Source: Pseudomonas phage vB_PaeP_TUMS_P10
Sequence record: OM782452.1
DNA length: 64,000 nt
Direction: 5' to 3' (one strand)
Under the pieces are notes generated by a model. The model did not search any database, had not been told where the DNA came from, and was given only the letters and a program-made list of their open reading frames with translations. Numbering within the stretch: the stretch's first letter is position 1; each line of letters begins with the position of its first letter. Shown here in pieces: positions 1 through 6,886 of this stretch. The translations under genes and the position numbers were made by a program.

Positions 1-130
1 TACACAGTCACTCAAACCTCTCACCATTTTCCCTATAAGCAGATTTAAGAAGAGGGAAAGGTTACTTCCTACAACCAACTGTCCAAAGGGAGAAGAGAGA
101 ACGGCAGAGGAGTATCAGGAAGAAGGGAGT

Positions 131-172
131 AGTGTGTGCTCTTGATCTTGATGTGTGCTCTATGTGTGCTTG
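131..172. repeat. short direct repeats (gtgtgct x3, cttgat x2) next to a polypurine tract at the window's left edge
   Basis: gtgtgct at 134-140, 153-159, 164-170; cttgat at 141-146 and 147-152; purine-rich run 40-130 on the plus strand. Confidence 0.4.
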
Positions 173-215
173 AAAAGGTAAGCCCCACTCCAGTGAAGGA
201 GTGAGGCAGAGAGGA

Positions 216-485
216 TTAACCTTTAGTACCAGTTACACGCTTGGTACGACGCTCGGATTGGATCTCGGCAATGTCATCGGCGATGTTCAGGTCACGTACC
301 AGTTGAGCATGAGCAGCACGAGACTCGACACGACGACGGTCACGGGAAGCTTCAGCATTCTCGTTGAAGAACTCAGATTCATCCTTGGCATAGCGAGACA
401 TGTTCTCAGCAGCCTCAGCAAGGTTGGTAGCACCACGGAACAGTGCAGCGAAGAAAGCGAAGAAGGCGTTGAATGCAGCGATCAT
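216..485 (-). CDS. hypothetical protein with hydrophobic N-terminus (possible membrane anchor)
   Basis: 89-aa ORF on the same strand as the array, N-terminal FFAFFAALF hydrophobic stretch, GGAG upstream; competes with the opposite-strand ORF 201-632. Confidence 0.3.
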   Translation of the reverse strand: MIAAFNAFFAFFAALFRGATNLAEAAENMSRYAKDESEFFNENAEASRDRRRVESRAAHAQLVRDLNIADDIAEIQSERRTKRVTGTKG

Positions 486-677
486 GAGGAATACTCCAGA
501 GTAGTAGAAGGTAGGTGGTTCGGACGATCATCCACACCAAGGCCGAAGGCCAGCAGAGGTGAGCAAGCGCGGAAAACTCAATCTGGGAACACCACCGGGG
601 GGGAGTACCGGATTTGGGGATGCCGTTACTGAAGTACTACCTCCGTAAGTCTGTGAGGTAATTTCCCCTACTGCGAT

Positions 678-890
678 CTACCCTTCGTAATCTGACATGA
701 TCTGGCATGCTTTCTGCCAGTGATGTATTCCCACATCAATGGAGTTAAGGCTTGCATACGATCCAGCAGTGGCTGTTTCTAAAGCCTTCAAAGATTGAAT
801 GCACGACTCCTTGGCATACTTACTACACAACATATTCTTGTGGAGGTGGGTAACCACAGCACCCACTAATTGATCATCGTTCATATGCAC
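678..890 (-). CDS. small early protein, K[YH]xKE-motif paralog family, array member 31/31 (most downstream)
   Basis: motif MLCSKYAKES; about 70 aa; same strand and spacing as the array. Confidence 0.45.
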   Translation of the reverse strand: MHMNDDQLVGAVVTHLHKNMLCSKYAKESCIQSLKALETATAGSYASLNSIDVGIHHWQKACQIMSDYEG

Positions 891-1081
891 CTCTCAAGGT
901 ACTCATCCCCCGCTTCAAAGTCCTCCATACTTACCCCATCAGACCGAAGATCACAGAAGATAGAGTAGAGTTCCCTGTAGGAATTCTCTGGTGGATATGA
1001 CTTCTCCTTCAGTAACTTATCAAGGAGTACCTTGCGGAAGGAGTAGTGGACTGCTCTATCCTGTATTTCTTCTGGTTTCAT
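881..1081 (-). CDS. small early protein, K[YH]xKE-motif family (array member)
   Basis: MKP N-terminus; VLLDKLLKEK variant of the motif. Confidence 0.5.
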   Translation of the reverse strand: MKPEEIQDRAVHYSFRKVLLDKLLKEKSYPPENSYRELYSIFCDLRSDGVSMEDFEAGDEYLERCI

Positions 1082-1090
1082 TCTTCACCC

Positions 1091-1303
1091 CTACACTATG
1101 GAATCAACCTCACCGACTACAATATCCCAGAGTGTGGAACTACCATAACCACCTACTCCATGCATCTGTAGTTCTCTCAGTAAGTTTGAGTACTCACGGA
1201 TGTGTGTACCTGCCTGAAAGAACAGTTGTTCCTTATCACACTTATTACTGAGTATGGCTGCGAACACACTCTTTCGTAGGATAATCCTCACTACTGTTTT
1301 CAT
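1091..1303 (-). CDS. small early protein, K[YH]xKE-motif family (array member)
   Basis: AILSNKCDKEQL degenerate motif; 70 aa. Confidence 0.45.
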   Translation of the reverse strand: MKTVVRIILRKSVFAAILSNKCDKEQLFFQAGTHIREYSNLLRELQMHGVGGYGSSTLWDIVVGEVDSIV

Positions 1304-1312
1304 ACTTTACCT

Positions 1313-1528
1313 CTACTGTATTGTTCTCACCTCCATCACTGCTTGCTCCCAGAGGACATACCATTGATAGTCAGTGAAGCCACGGGTCTTACGGATGAGT
1401 TCTGTAGTATCCAGGTACTTGTCTATCAACTTGTGTTCTTCGAAATAGAGTCCTTCCTTTCCATACTTGTGGCTGAGCAGTGCAGTGTAAGCACTGTTAT
1501 ATACAGCGGTTTTCAATTGATACTGCAT
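1313..1528 (-). CDS. small early protein, K[YH]xKE-motif family (array member)
   Basis: ALLSHKYGKEGL; C-terminal QWYVLWEQAV..TIQ. Confidence 0.6.
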   Translation of the reverse strand: MQYQLKTAVYNSAYTALLSHKYGKEGLYFEEHKLIDKYLDTTELIRKTRGFTDYQWYVLWEQAVMEVRTIQ

Positions 1529-1531
1529 ACG

Positions 1532-1741
1532 TCACCTTGTTACGTCCTTTTCCATTGCATGACCCCATAGGGTAAGCCACTCACCATCACCTAACACCTT
1601 GGCTTTGAGTTCATGATCCAGTTCTTTGTGTCTCTTGAGTACCTTATTCTTCTGTACCCACAGGCTCTCCTTACCGTACTTGCAGCTGAGGAGTGCGTTG
1701 TATGCAACGTTGCACATTAAGGATCTCTTACGCTCAACCAT
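1532..1741 (-). CDS. small early protein, K[YH]xKE-motif family (array member)
   Basis: ALLSCKYGKESL; EWLTLW C-terminal motif. Confidence 0.6.
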   Translation of the reverse strand: MVERKRSLMCNVAYNALLSCKYGKESLWVQKNKVLKRHKELDHELKAKVLGDGEWLTLWGHAMEKDVTR

Positions 1742-1747
1742 AGGAAG

Positions 1748-1963
1748 TCAACCTCTATCTGCTTCTACCCTGTCTGATATCTCATCCCACATGTCATTCC
1801 ATTCGATATTACTTAAACCACTTTCACGGAGGGATCTGAATATAATAGATTTCTGACGGAGTACATGATCAGTCTGGTTTAGGAGTCCTTCCTTACAGTA
1901 CTTGTCGCTGAGGATATACAGGTATACACAGTTACCCATCTCCCTTTCGAAGATCTTCTTCAT
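1748..1963 (-). CDS. small early protein, K[YH]xKE-motif family (array member)
   Basis: YILSDKYCKEGL; start refined to internal MKKIF whose ATG overlaps the upstream stop (ATGA at 1960-1963). Confidence 0.55.
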   Translation of the reverse strand: MKKIFEREMGNCVYLYILSDKYCKEGLLNQTDHVLRQKSIIFRSLRESGLSNIEWNDMWDEISDRVEADRG

Positions 1964-2154
1964 TCCATATGCCCTAGTGAATCCATCACCCGACTCCATC
2001 GATTACCCAATTTGCCATCCCCATTCAGGTAGATGATCATATCGGTGAACCTAGAGCCTAAGAGTTTCTCTTCTGCACCCAGTTTTTCCTTGCGGTACTT
2101 GTGTATGTGCAGTGCCATGTATGCGGTGTAATGGATTAGTTCTTCTGTGTCCAT
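1960..2154 (-). CDS. small early protein, K[YH]xKE-motif family (array member)
   Basis: ALHIHKYRKEKL. Confidence 0.55.
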   Translation of the reverse strand: MDTEELIHYTAYMALHIHKYRKEKLGAEEKLLGSRFTDMIIYLNGDGKLGNRWSRVMDSLGHME

Positions 2155-2158
2155 GTGT

Positions 2159-2392
2159 TCACCTCTTCACTTCATGGTCTATTGCAAGGTCCAGTAGTAA
2201 GCCCCATTCAAGGTCTCTCATACCACTGGCTTTTAGGGAATCGATAAGGTTCCTGTAATAAACCAGGGTATCGAAGTGTTGGACGAACTGGTGTTCCTTG
2301 ATGTACTTATCACTTAGCATGGTGTAGTACAGACTCTTGCACACACCTGGTTTGTATTCCTTGTTGATTTCAAACCGTTCTGATTGCTGCAT
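2159..2392 (-). CDS. small early protein, K[YH]xKE-motif family (array member)
   Basis: TMLSDKYIKEHQ; LEWGLLLDLA C-terminal segment. Confidence 0.55.
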   Translation of the reverse strand: MQQSERFEINKEYKPGVCKSLYYTMLSDKYIKEHQFVQHFDTLVYYRNLIDSLKASGMRDLEWGLLLDLAIDHEVKR

Positions 2393-2573
2393 CGTAAATC
2401 CCTCTCCATAAATCTGGATCGAATCTCCTGGCTTTTAATTCCAGAAGTCTATCCAGAACCTTATCTGCAAGGTCCGATCTCTGGGCGTATAGACGCTCCC
2501 TGACATACTTCTTCTGGAGTAACGATAGGTATGCACAAGAGTGTGCCAAGTCTAGTGTGCCGATGTTCTTCAT
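2370..2573 (-). CDS. small early protein, K[YH]xKE-motif family (array member)
   Basis: SLLQKKYVRERL; start refined to MKNIG (ATGA overlap at 2570-2573). Confidence 0.5.
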   Translation of the reverse strand: MKNIGTLDLAHSCAYLSLLQKKYVRERLYAQRSDLADKVLDRLLELKARRFDPDLWRGIYDAAIRTV

Positions 2574-2764
2574 ATGAGAGTCTCCACTGTTTCCCATACC
2601 TGGGACCACTGCAAGTAGGAAGTACCTTGCTCATTGAGTTGATCCATGACCTGGCTACCTTCCTTGAATAGCTTGTTGGCTACGGGTAGTTGTTCTTCCT
2701 TGTAGTACTTATCGCTTAGGACCAAGGTATATATACACTCGTAAGCAGCTGGTTCGGGTTTCAT
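2570..2764 (-). CDS. small early protein, K[YH]xKE-motif family (array member)
   Basis: MKP start (ATGA overlap 2761-2764); LVLSDKYYKEEQ; YLQWSQVWETV. Confidence 0.6.
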   Translation of the reverse strand: MKPEPAAYECIYTLVLSDKYYKEEQLPVANKLFKEGSQVMDQLNEQGTSYLQWSQVWETVETLI

Positions 2765-2955
2765 ACGGTTGCCTCTGCTGTTGACCACACCTTAACCCAG
2801 TCTATGTAGACAGAGCTGTGTGTACGGAGATCCCACTGAATACCCCAGGCTTTGTCAGTGTATTTCTGGGAAGCGGTTATTAGGTATTCCTTCTTGTACT
2901 TATTACCTAGTAGGTAGTTAAACACTACCTGGTGCGCAGCCTCTATCTCGGTCAT
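2761..2955 (-). CDS. small early protein, K[YH]xKE-motif family (array member)
   Basis: YLLGNKYKKEYL; DWVKVW; ATGA overlap at 2952-2955. Confidence 0.6.
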   Translation of the reverse strand: MTEIEAAHQVVFNYLLGNKYKKEYLITASQKYTDKAWGIQWDLRTHSSVYIDWVKVWSTAEATV

Positions 2956-3146
2956 ACGATCACCTCTATGTGGTCCCATACACAGGACCAGGCACCTACG
3001 GTCATGCCACTGAACTTGAGTGGGTATTCCAATTGGTATGCTGTTTCACGGTGGAGGTCACCTTTGTTTGTCTGCTTTTCTTTGTAGTACTTGGCACTCA
3101 GTAGATAAAGAAAGGCGACCTCATATGCGGTTGGATCTACTATCAT
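2952..3146 (-). CDS. small early protein, K[YH]xKE-motif family (array member)
   Basis: YLLSAKYYKEKQ; AWSCVW; ATGA overlap at 3143-3146. Confidence 0.6.
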   Translation of the reverse strand: MIVDPTAYEVAFLYLLSAKYYKEKQTNKGDLHRETAYQLEYPLKFSGMTVGAWSCVWDHIEVIV

Positions 3147-3328
3147 ACGGTGTTCTCCACATATTGGTGTGCGTTAGTCCATTCCTCTGCTTTTAGTTTC
3201 TGGTACCGAAGTAGTTGGCTTATCTTGTACTGGATATCAGAGATTCCATACGAGAGTTCCTCCTTCCAGTACTTGTCAGACAGAGACCGGAGGAACACAT
3301 ACTGTACTGCTCGTTTATCTAAAACCAT
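3143..3328 (-). CDS. small early protein, K[YH]xKE-motif family (array member)
   Basis: RSLSDKYWKEEL. Confidence 0.6.
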   Translation of the reverse strand: MVLDKRAVQYVFLRSLSDKYWKEELSYGISDIQYKISQLLRYQKLKAEEWTNAHQYVENTV

Positions 3329-3330
3329 GA

Positions 3331-3534
3331 TTACATCATCTCCATTACTACCTTACGTGCGGTTCTCCATTCATGGTGAGGGAGACCATTAACCCTGAGT
3401 CCCCAGGTGAGATCCCAGATCATTCCCCTCTGCCTACTGGCTTGAGTCTCCAGGCTCTCCTTGGTGTACTTGTCCATCAGCATCTTTGTGAATGTGGCGT
3501 AGACCACCTCATGAAATTCATATCCCGGTTTCAT
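3331..3534 (-). CDS. small early protein, K[YH]xKE-motif family (array member)
   Basis: MKP start (ATGA 3531-3534); KMLMDKYTKESL; HEWRTA. Confidence 0.6.
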   Translation of the reverse strand: MKPGYEFHEVVYATFTKMLMDKYTKESLETQASRQRGMIWDLTWGLRVNGLPHHEWRTARKVVMEMM

Positions 3535-3728
3535 ACTATTTGACTCGTGAGTTCCCACCCGGATTCGAAGTCCTTGCGTGTGACGCCCCGGCGGCTCAGG
3601 TTAGAGAAGATGGAATTGATATCTTGATACATCCACAGAGTCCCAGGCAGTCCTTCCTTGTGGGCTTTCCTGTAGAGAACCCGTTTAAACGCGTATCTGA
3701 GGAAGTCTTCTTCTAGTTCTGGTTTCAT
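3531..3728 (-). CDS. small early protein, K[YH]xKE-motif family (array member, KEGLP subtype)
   Basis: MKPELEED; RVLYRKAHKEGLP; ATGA 3725-3728. Confidence 0.6.
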   Translation of the reverse strand: MKPELEEDFLRYAFKRVLYRKAHKEGLPGTLWMYQDINSIFSNLSRRGVTRKDFESGWELTSQIV

Positions 3729-3916
3729 ACTATTTGTCCTACAAGGAACCGATCATCTTCTATACTCTTCTGCGAAAAGCCTTGGGCAATTAGCTCGAAG
3801 TAAGTGGCATTGGCTTCGCGGAACATACTCCCGGTACTGGGCAGTCCCTCTTTACGGGCTTTCCAGTATACGATTCGGTAAAACGTATACCTGCGGATCT
3901 CAGCTACTGGTTTCAT
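3725..3916 (-). CDS. small early protein, K[YH]xKE-motif family (array member, KEGLP subtype)
   Basis: MKPVAEI refined start (ATGA 3913-3916); RIVYWKARKEGLP. Confidence 0.6.
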   Translation of the reverse strand: MKPVAEIRRYTFYRIVYWKARKEGLPSTGSMFREANATYFELIAQGFSQKSIEDDRFLVGQIV

Positions 3917-4110
3917 ATCAATTGATCCACATGAGCATCCAACTTCTTCCACTCATCGTAAGATACCCCCTGCCTGCTTATCTTGCTGAAGTCGGCAGTC
4001 AGTTTCTCGAACATACGACCAGCACCGTAGAAATCTTCCTTAGTGTGCTTATTGTACAAGCGGATGTTATATAGGTGGCGGTACACCGTGCGTAACAATC
4101 TTGGTTTCAT
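3913..4110 (-). CDS. small early protein, K[YH]xKE-motif family (array member)
   Basis: MKPRLL; IRLYNKHTKEDF; DEWKKL. Confidence 0.6.
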   Translation of the reverse strand: MKPRLLRTVYRHLYNIRLYNKHTKEDFYGAGRMFEKLTADFSKISRQGVSYDEWKKLDAHVDQLI

Positions 4111-4112
4111 GC

Positions 4113-4313
4113 TTACACCTTTAGGTTAGTACAGGCATCTGCCCACAGGACTCCTTTATAGAGACCTACGTTGTCTGACAGACCACTGGGTACAATCCTG
4201 TATTCAATTAGGAGGTTCTCTTTCAGGTACTTGGCTTCACGCTTGATGGAGTACATATAGCGACAAGCCAATAGCAGGATGTGATCATTCAAGCTTTCGG
4301 AGGTATCCATCAT
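4113..4313 (-). CDS. small early protein, K[YH]xKE-motif family (array member)
   Basis: SIKREAKYLKENL; VLWADA; ATGA 4310-4313. Confidence 0.5.
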   Translation of the reverse strand: MMDTSESLNDHILLLACRYMYSIKREAKYLKENLLIEYRIVPSGLSDNVGLYKGVLWADACTNLKV

Positions 4314-4510
4314 ATGTAGCCCTTCCGCATTACTAGATCCTTTGCCTTATCCCATACCTGGAACCATTGGCCACCTGTCAGTACGTTCAAGGATTCGGGT
4401 GTCTCACTTACTTCAAGGAGAAAGGAGGGAACACCTTCCTTGATATACTTGTAGTTCAACACTAGGTTGAACATGTGCTGACAGGTTTCATGTAGCGCTT
4501 GTTTGTTCAT
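4310..4510 (-). CDS. small early protein, K[YH]xKE-motif family (array member)
   Basis: LVLNYKYIKEGV; GQWFQVWDKA. Confidence 0.55.
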   Translation of the reverse strand: MNKQALHETCQHMFNLVLNYKYIKEGVPSFLLEVSETPESLNVLTGGQWFQVWDKAKDLVMRKGYI

Positions 4511-4680
4511 ACCGTTCTCCTCAGTATTTCCCAGTACCCAGTCCAGTTGTTCTCTGCATAAGAGTTACTTTCTGGGTAAGGAACTCTTGATTTAATCCAG
4601 GGTAGATTTTCTTTTCGGCGTTTGGACTGGATCTCCTGAGCAAGGAGGTATCGAACTACTGCATCAGCATGATCGTTCAT
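4507..4680 (-). CDS. small early protein, degenerate member of the array (57 aa, below the ORF-track cutoff)
   Basis: hand translation MNDHADAVVRYLLAQEIQSKRRKENLPWIKSRVPYPESNSYAENNWTGYWEILRRTV; ATG at 4678-4680 and TGA at 4507-4509 both form ATGA overlaps with the neighbours. Confidence 0.35.
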   Translation of the reverse strand: MNDHADAVVRYLLAQEIQSKRRKENLPWIKSRVPYPESNSYAENNWTGYWEILRRTV

Positions 4681-4856
4681 ACCAGTGCCTCCACTTTGTC
4701 ACGTAGAGCATTCCACTCATCCATGCCCAGGTTATGGTCATAAGGGTACGGTGGAGCCTGCCACCCCGTCATGAAATGTTCCTTGAAGTACTTAGTCCGG
4801 AGAATATTACTGTGCATGTACTTGGCTACATCGGTTTCACTCTTGCTATAGGTCAT
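4677..4856 (-). CDS. small early protein, K[YH]xKE-motif family (59 aa, below the ORF-track cutoff)
   Basis: hand translation MTYSKSETDVAKYMHSNILRTKYFKEHFMTGWQAPPYPYDHNLGMDEWNALRDKVEALV; ATGA overlaps at both ends. Confidence 0.5.
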   Translation of the reverse strand: MTYSKSETDVAKYMHSNILRTKYFKEHFMTGWQAPPYPYDHNLGMDEWNALRDKVEALV

Positions 4857-5026
4857 ACCATTTCCTTTGCTAGTTGATCCACCTCCTCCCAGTCATCATC
4901 AGTTAGATCGGGGCCAGGGATATATGAGAATTTGGTGGGGCGGTACATCTTCTCCTTCATGTGCTTGAGGTCCATGAAGTAACGGAATGCGGAGACAAGC
5001 ATTAGCTCTTTCTGCTCAGGGGTCAT
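4853..5026 (-). CDS. small early protein, K[YH]xKE-motif family (array member)
   Basis: start refined to MTPEQ (ATGA 5023-5026); FMDLKHMKEKMY; DDWEEV. Confidence 0.5.
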   Translation of the reverse strand: MTPEQKELMLVSAFRYFMDLKHMKEKMYRPTKFSYIPGPDLTDDDWEEVDQLAKEMV

Positions 5027-5235
5027 GTCCGTACCTCTGCGCTTTGCCATGCGGTTACCCACTCATCTGCTGTTACCTGTGAATGGGTTGGGTACTCTGG
5101 TTCTTTGAGTGGTATCCGCTCCTTAAAGGTCTTGGATTCCAAAAGGATTTGGTACTTAAGGGAGGTGGCTACATGGAGTAGGTATTCAGAGTAAGATTTA
5201 TCTCCCGGCACTATAGTGGTAGGTATGCTCATCAT
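5023..5235 (-). CDS. small early protein, divergent member of the array
   Basis: start refined to MMSIP (ATGA 5232-5235); TSLKYQILLESKTFKERI (motif split by an insertion); DEWVTAW. Confidence 0.45.
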   Translation of the reverse strand: MMSIPTTIVPGDKSYSEYLLHVATSLKYQILLESKTFKERIPLKEPEYPTHSQVTADEWVTAWQSAEVRT

Positions 5236-5420
5236 ACGATTGTCCTCGCTATGGCCATGTGACGATCCCAAGTTTTCTTATCAAAGTTGGGCCAGATCCT
5301 TTGAGATACCTTTCTGCTAAGGTAGCTGGCCTTCCCATTGAATCTTTCCCTGGTGTACTTAGAAGACAGGATTCTTGTGAAGGCACTATTGAGTAGTACA
5401 GGATCTAGTTCTGAATTCAT
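5232..5420 (-). CDS. small early protein, K[YH]xKE-motif family (array member)
   Basis: RILSSKYTRERF; ATGA 5417-5420. Confidence 0.55.
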   Translation of the reverse strand: MNSELDPVLLNSAFTRILSSKYTRERFNGKASYLSRKVSQRIWPNFDKKTWDRHMAIARTIV

Positions 5421-5605
5421 ACGATGGTTTCCAACTTGCTGTACAATTCAACCCACGGGAAGTTGCCAGTTAACCCTGCCTTGAGGAACAACTGGACACT
5501 CCTGTTGCGAAGACCTAATGCTTTAGTCCGGTTGGATTCTTTAAAGTACTTACGCATCAACAAACTACTGAATGCATATGTGTAGTGGTGTTGCGTTGCT
5601 TCCAT
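5417..5605 (-). CDS. small early protein, K[YH]xKE-motif family (array member)
   Basis: SLLMRKYFKESN; FPWVEL..TIV. Confidence 0.55.
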   Translation of the reverse strand: MEATQHHYTYAFSSLLMRKYFKESNRTKALGLRNRSVQLFLKAGLTGNFPWVELYSKLETIV

Positions 5606-5608
5606 GGT

Positions 5609-5800
5609 TTAGTTCCTCAAATGTTTATATGCCTCCTTCCACAGGGATTCAGAGGCATGCATCGACAGTACCTGGACATATTCAGAGGTGTAGTCGTTAG
5701 GCTCTGCGTAGCCAAACTCCTTGAGGTGCTTCTTCTCCAACACTCTCCCATAGCAGTAACCAACTGCTGCTTTTATTTGGTACAGCCAAATGCCGCTCAT
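5609..5800 (-). CDS. small early protein, K[YH]xKE-motif family (array member)
   Basis: RVLEKKHLKEFG; ATGA 5797-5800. Confidence 0.55.
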   Translation of the reverse strand: MSGIWLYQIKAAVGYCYGRVLEKKHLKEFGYAEPNDYTSEYVQVLSMHASESLWKEAYKHLRN

Positions 5801-5991
5801 GTTGATAGATCCCCCATGACTTCACGTAGATCGTAGTGGTTGAGTGTGAAGTTGTGACACTTCTCTAGCGACACCTGAAAACCAGATATGCTGTACCACT
5901 CTTCCCAGTTCCTTTCCTTGGTAGCCTTGCGACTGAGCAAGGTCAGGTAGGCATAGTGCATCAGAACTCCTCTTGGAATGGGGTCAGACAT
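5797..5991 (-). CDS. small early protein, K[YH]xKE-motif family (array member)
   Basis: start refined to MSDPIP; TLLSRKATKERNWEEW. Confidence 0.5.
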   Translation of the reverse strand: MSDPIPRGVLMHYAYLTLLSRKATKERNWEEWYSISGFQVSLEKCHNFTLNHYDLREVMGDLST

Positions 5992-6226
5992 TGAGTCCCT
6001 CCTTGTCCAATTCCCGCAACAGTCTGATGGACTGGTTCCAATCTCCATGGAAGAAGTTGTTGGTTATTATCTGCTCTTGCCTGACAGCTTCCTGTTGGTA
6101 GGCGTCACGGCCATAGGCCCGACGTTCCTTCCTGTGCTTATGCGCAAGAACCTCTGTGTAGAGTAAGCGGAAACCAGCCATCCTCAAGTACAGAGATCTC
6201 TCTTCAGTTCTTGTTAAAGTAGGCAC
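5984..6226 (-). CDS. small early protein, K[YH]xKE-motif family (array member)
   Basis: EVLAHKHRKERR; GDWNQS; the true start may be the internal MAGFR. Confidence 0.5.
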   Translation of the reverse strand: MPTLTRTEERSLYLRMAGFRLLYTEVLAHKHRKERRAYGRDAYQQEAVRQEQIITNNFFHGDWNQSIRLLRELDKEGLNV

Positions 6227-6422
6227 TTTCTAAACTCCTGAATTTCATGTAGCGGATACCGTACTTCTGCATCAAAGCCGATAGCAGATAGCTCGCCTTG
6301 TCACGGAGGTCTTCAACTACACTGTATCGCCTCTCCTTGCTGTACTTCCGAGCCAGTACACCAATGTTCTTGCGGGTACAGAAGTAAGGTGCGAGACAGT
6401 TGATCAGTTCATCGTCAGTCAT
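6204..6422 (-). CDS. small early protein, K[YH]xKE-motif family (array member)
   Basis: GVLARKYSKERR; ATGA 6419-6422. Confidence 0.5.
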   Translation of the reverse strand: MTDDELINCLAPYFCTRKNIGVLARKYSKERRYSVVEDLRDKASYLLSALMQKYGIRYMKFRSLESAYFNKN

Positions 6423-6613
6423 GCTGAAGTCACGTCCAGTGAGTAGATGTAGTTCACTATCTCATACCTGGGACACAAAGGAGCCAGGGCATCCAGGTCG
6501 GTAATGAACTTATCGTAGAGCTTGTTTGTTAGTAATGTGTGGCTTTCTTTGGACAGCTTGTTGATATGAATGATCCGGTACATCAGTTCAGCTGATTTCT
6601 CAGTACTTAACAT
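6419..6613 (-). CDS. small early protein, K[YH]xKE-motif family (array member)
   Basis: IIHINKLSKESH; the track start is GTG, ATG refined to 6613. Confidence 0.45.
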   Translation of the reverse strand: MLSTEKSAELMYRIIHINKLSKESHTLLTNKLYDKFITDLDALAPLCPRYEIVNYIYSLDVTSA

Positions 6614-6818
6614 AGCCACGTTCCCTCGCTGTTACATACAGTACTGTGGCAGCGTCACCGACCAAACCACCATACATGTTCTGGTACCGTTCCACTGAGG
6701 GGCAGTCAGCTAAAGGGGGTAGACGTAACCCCTCCTTAAAATACTTCCGCCTCCTGTACCTGAAGTGAACGAACTCAATCAGGTCTTCTTCAGGGATTGT
6801 CAGGTTAACGATTGACAT
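6600..6818 (-). CDS. small early protein, K[YH]xKE-motif family; first gene of the array operon
   Basis: FRYRRRKYFKEGL; the only array gene with a strong AAGGAG Shine-Dalgarno (revcomp of 6824-6830) rather than a coupled ATGA start. Confidence 0.55.
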   Translation of the reverse strand: MSIVNLTIPEEDLIEFVHFRYRRRKYFKEGLRLPPLADCPSVERYQNMYGGLVGDAATVLYVTARERGYVKY

Positions 6819-6886
6819 GGGTGTATCTCCTTGGTTTGGTCTGTGTGTTATGCTAGGTTCAACCTATACACAACCGAGGTTCTATC
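6819..6886. promoter_or_regulatory. divergent intergenic region between the early array (leftward) and the late operon (rightward); should hold promoters for both
   Basis: 68-bp AT-richer gap flanked by oppositely oriented operon-first genes, each with its own RBS. Confidence 0.4.

Noticed and set aside
201-632. 143-aa plus-strand ORF at the left edge
   Set aside because: It runs against the leftward early transcription unit. I preferred the same-strand 216-485 ORF, at low confidence; neither may be real.
678-6818. Periodic about 200-bp gtacttg-containing repeats as a possible CRISPR or other non-coding repeat array
   Set aside because: The periodicity comes from a conserved protein motif (K-Y-x-K-E) in consecutive ORFs. 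Spacers are full-length genes with overlapping start and stop codons, not CRISPR repeats.
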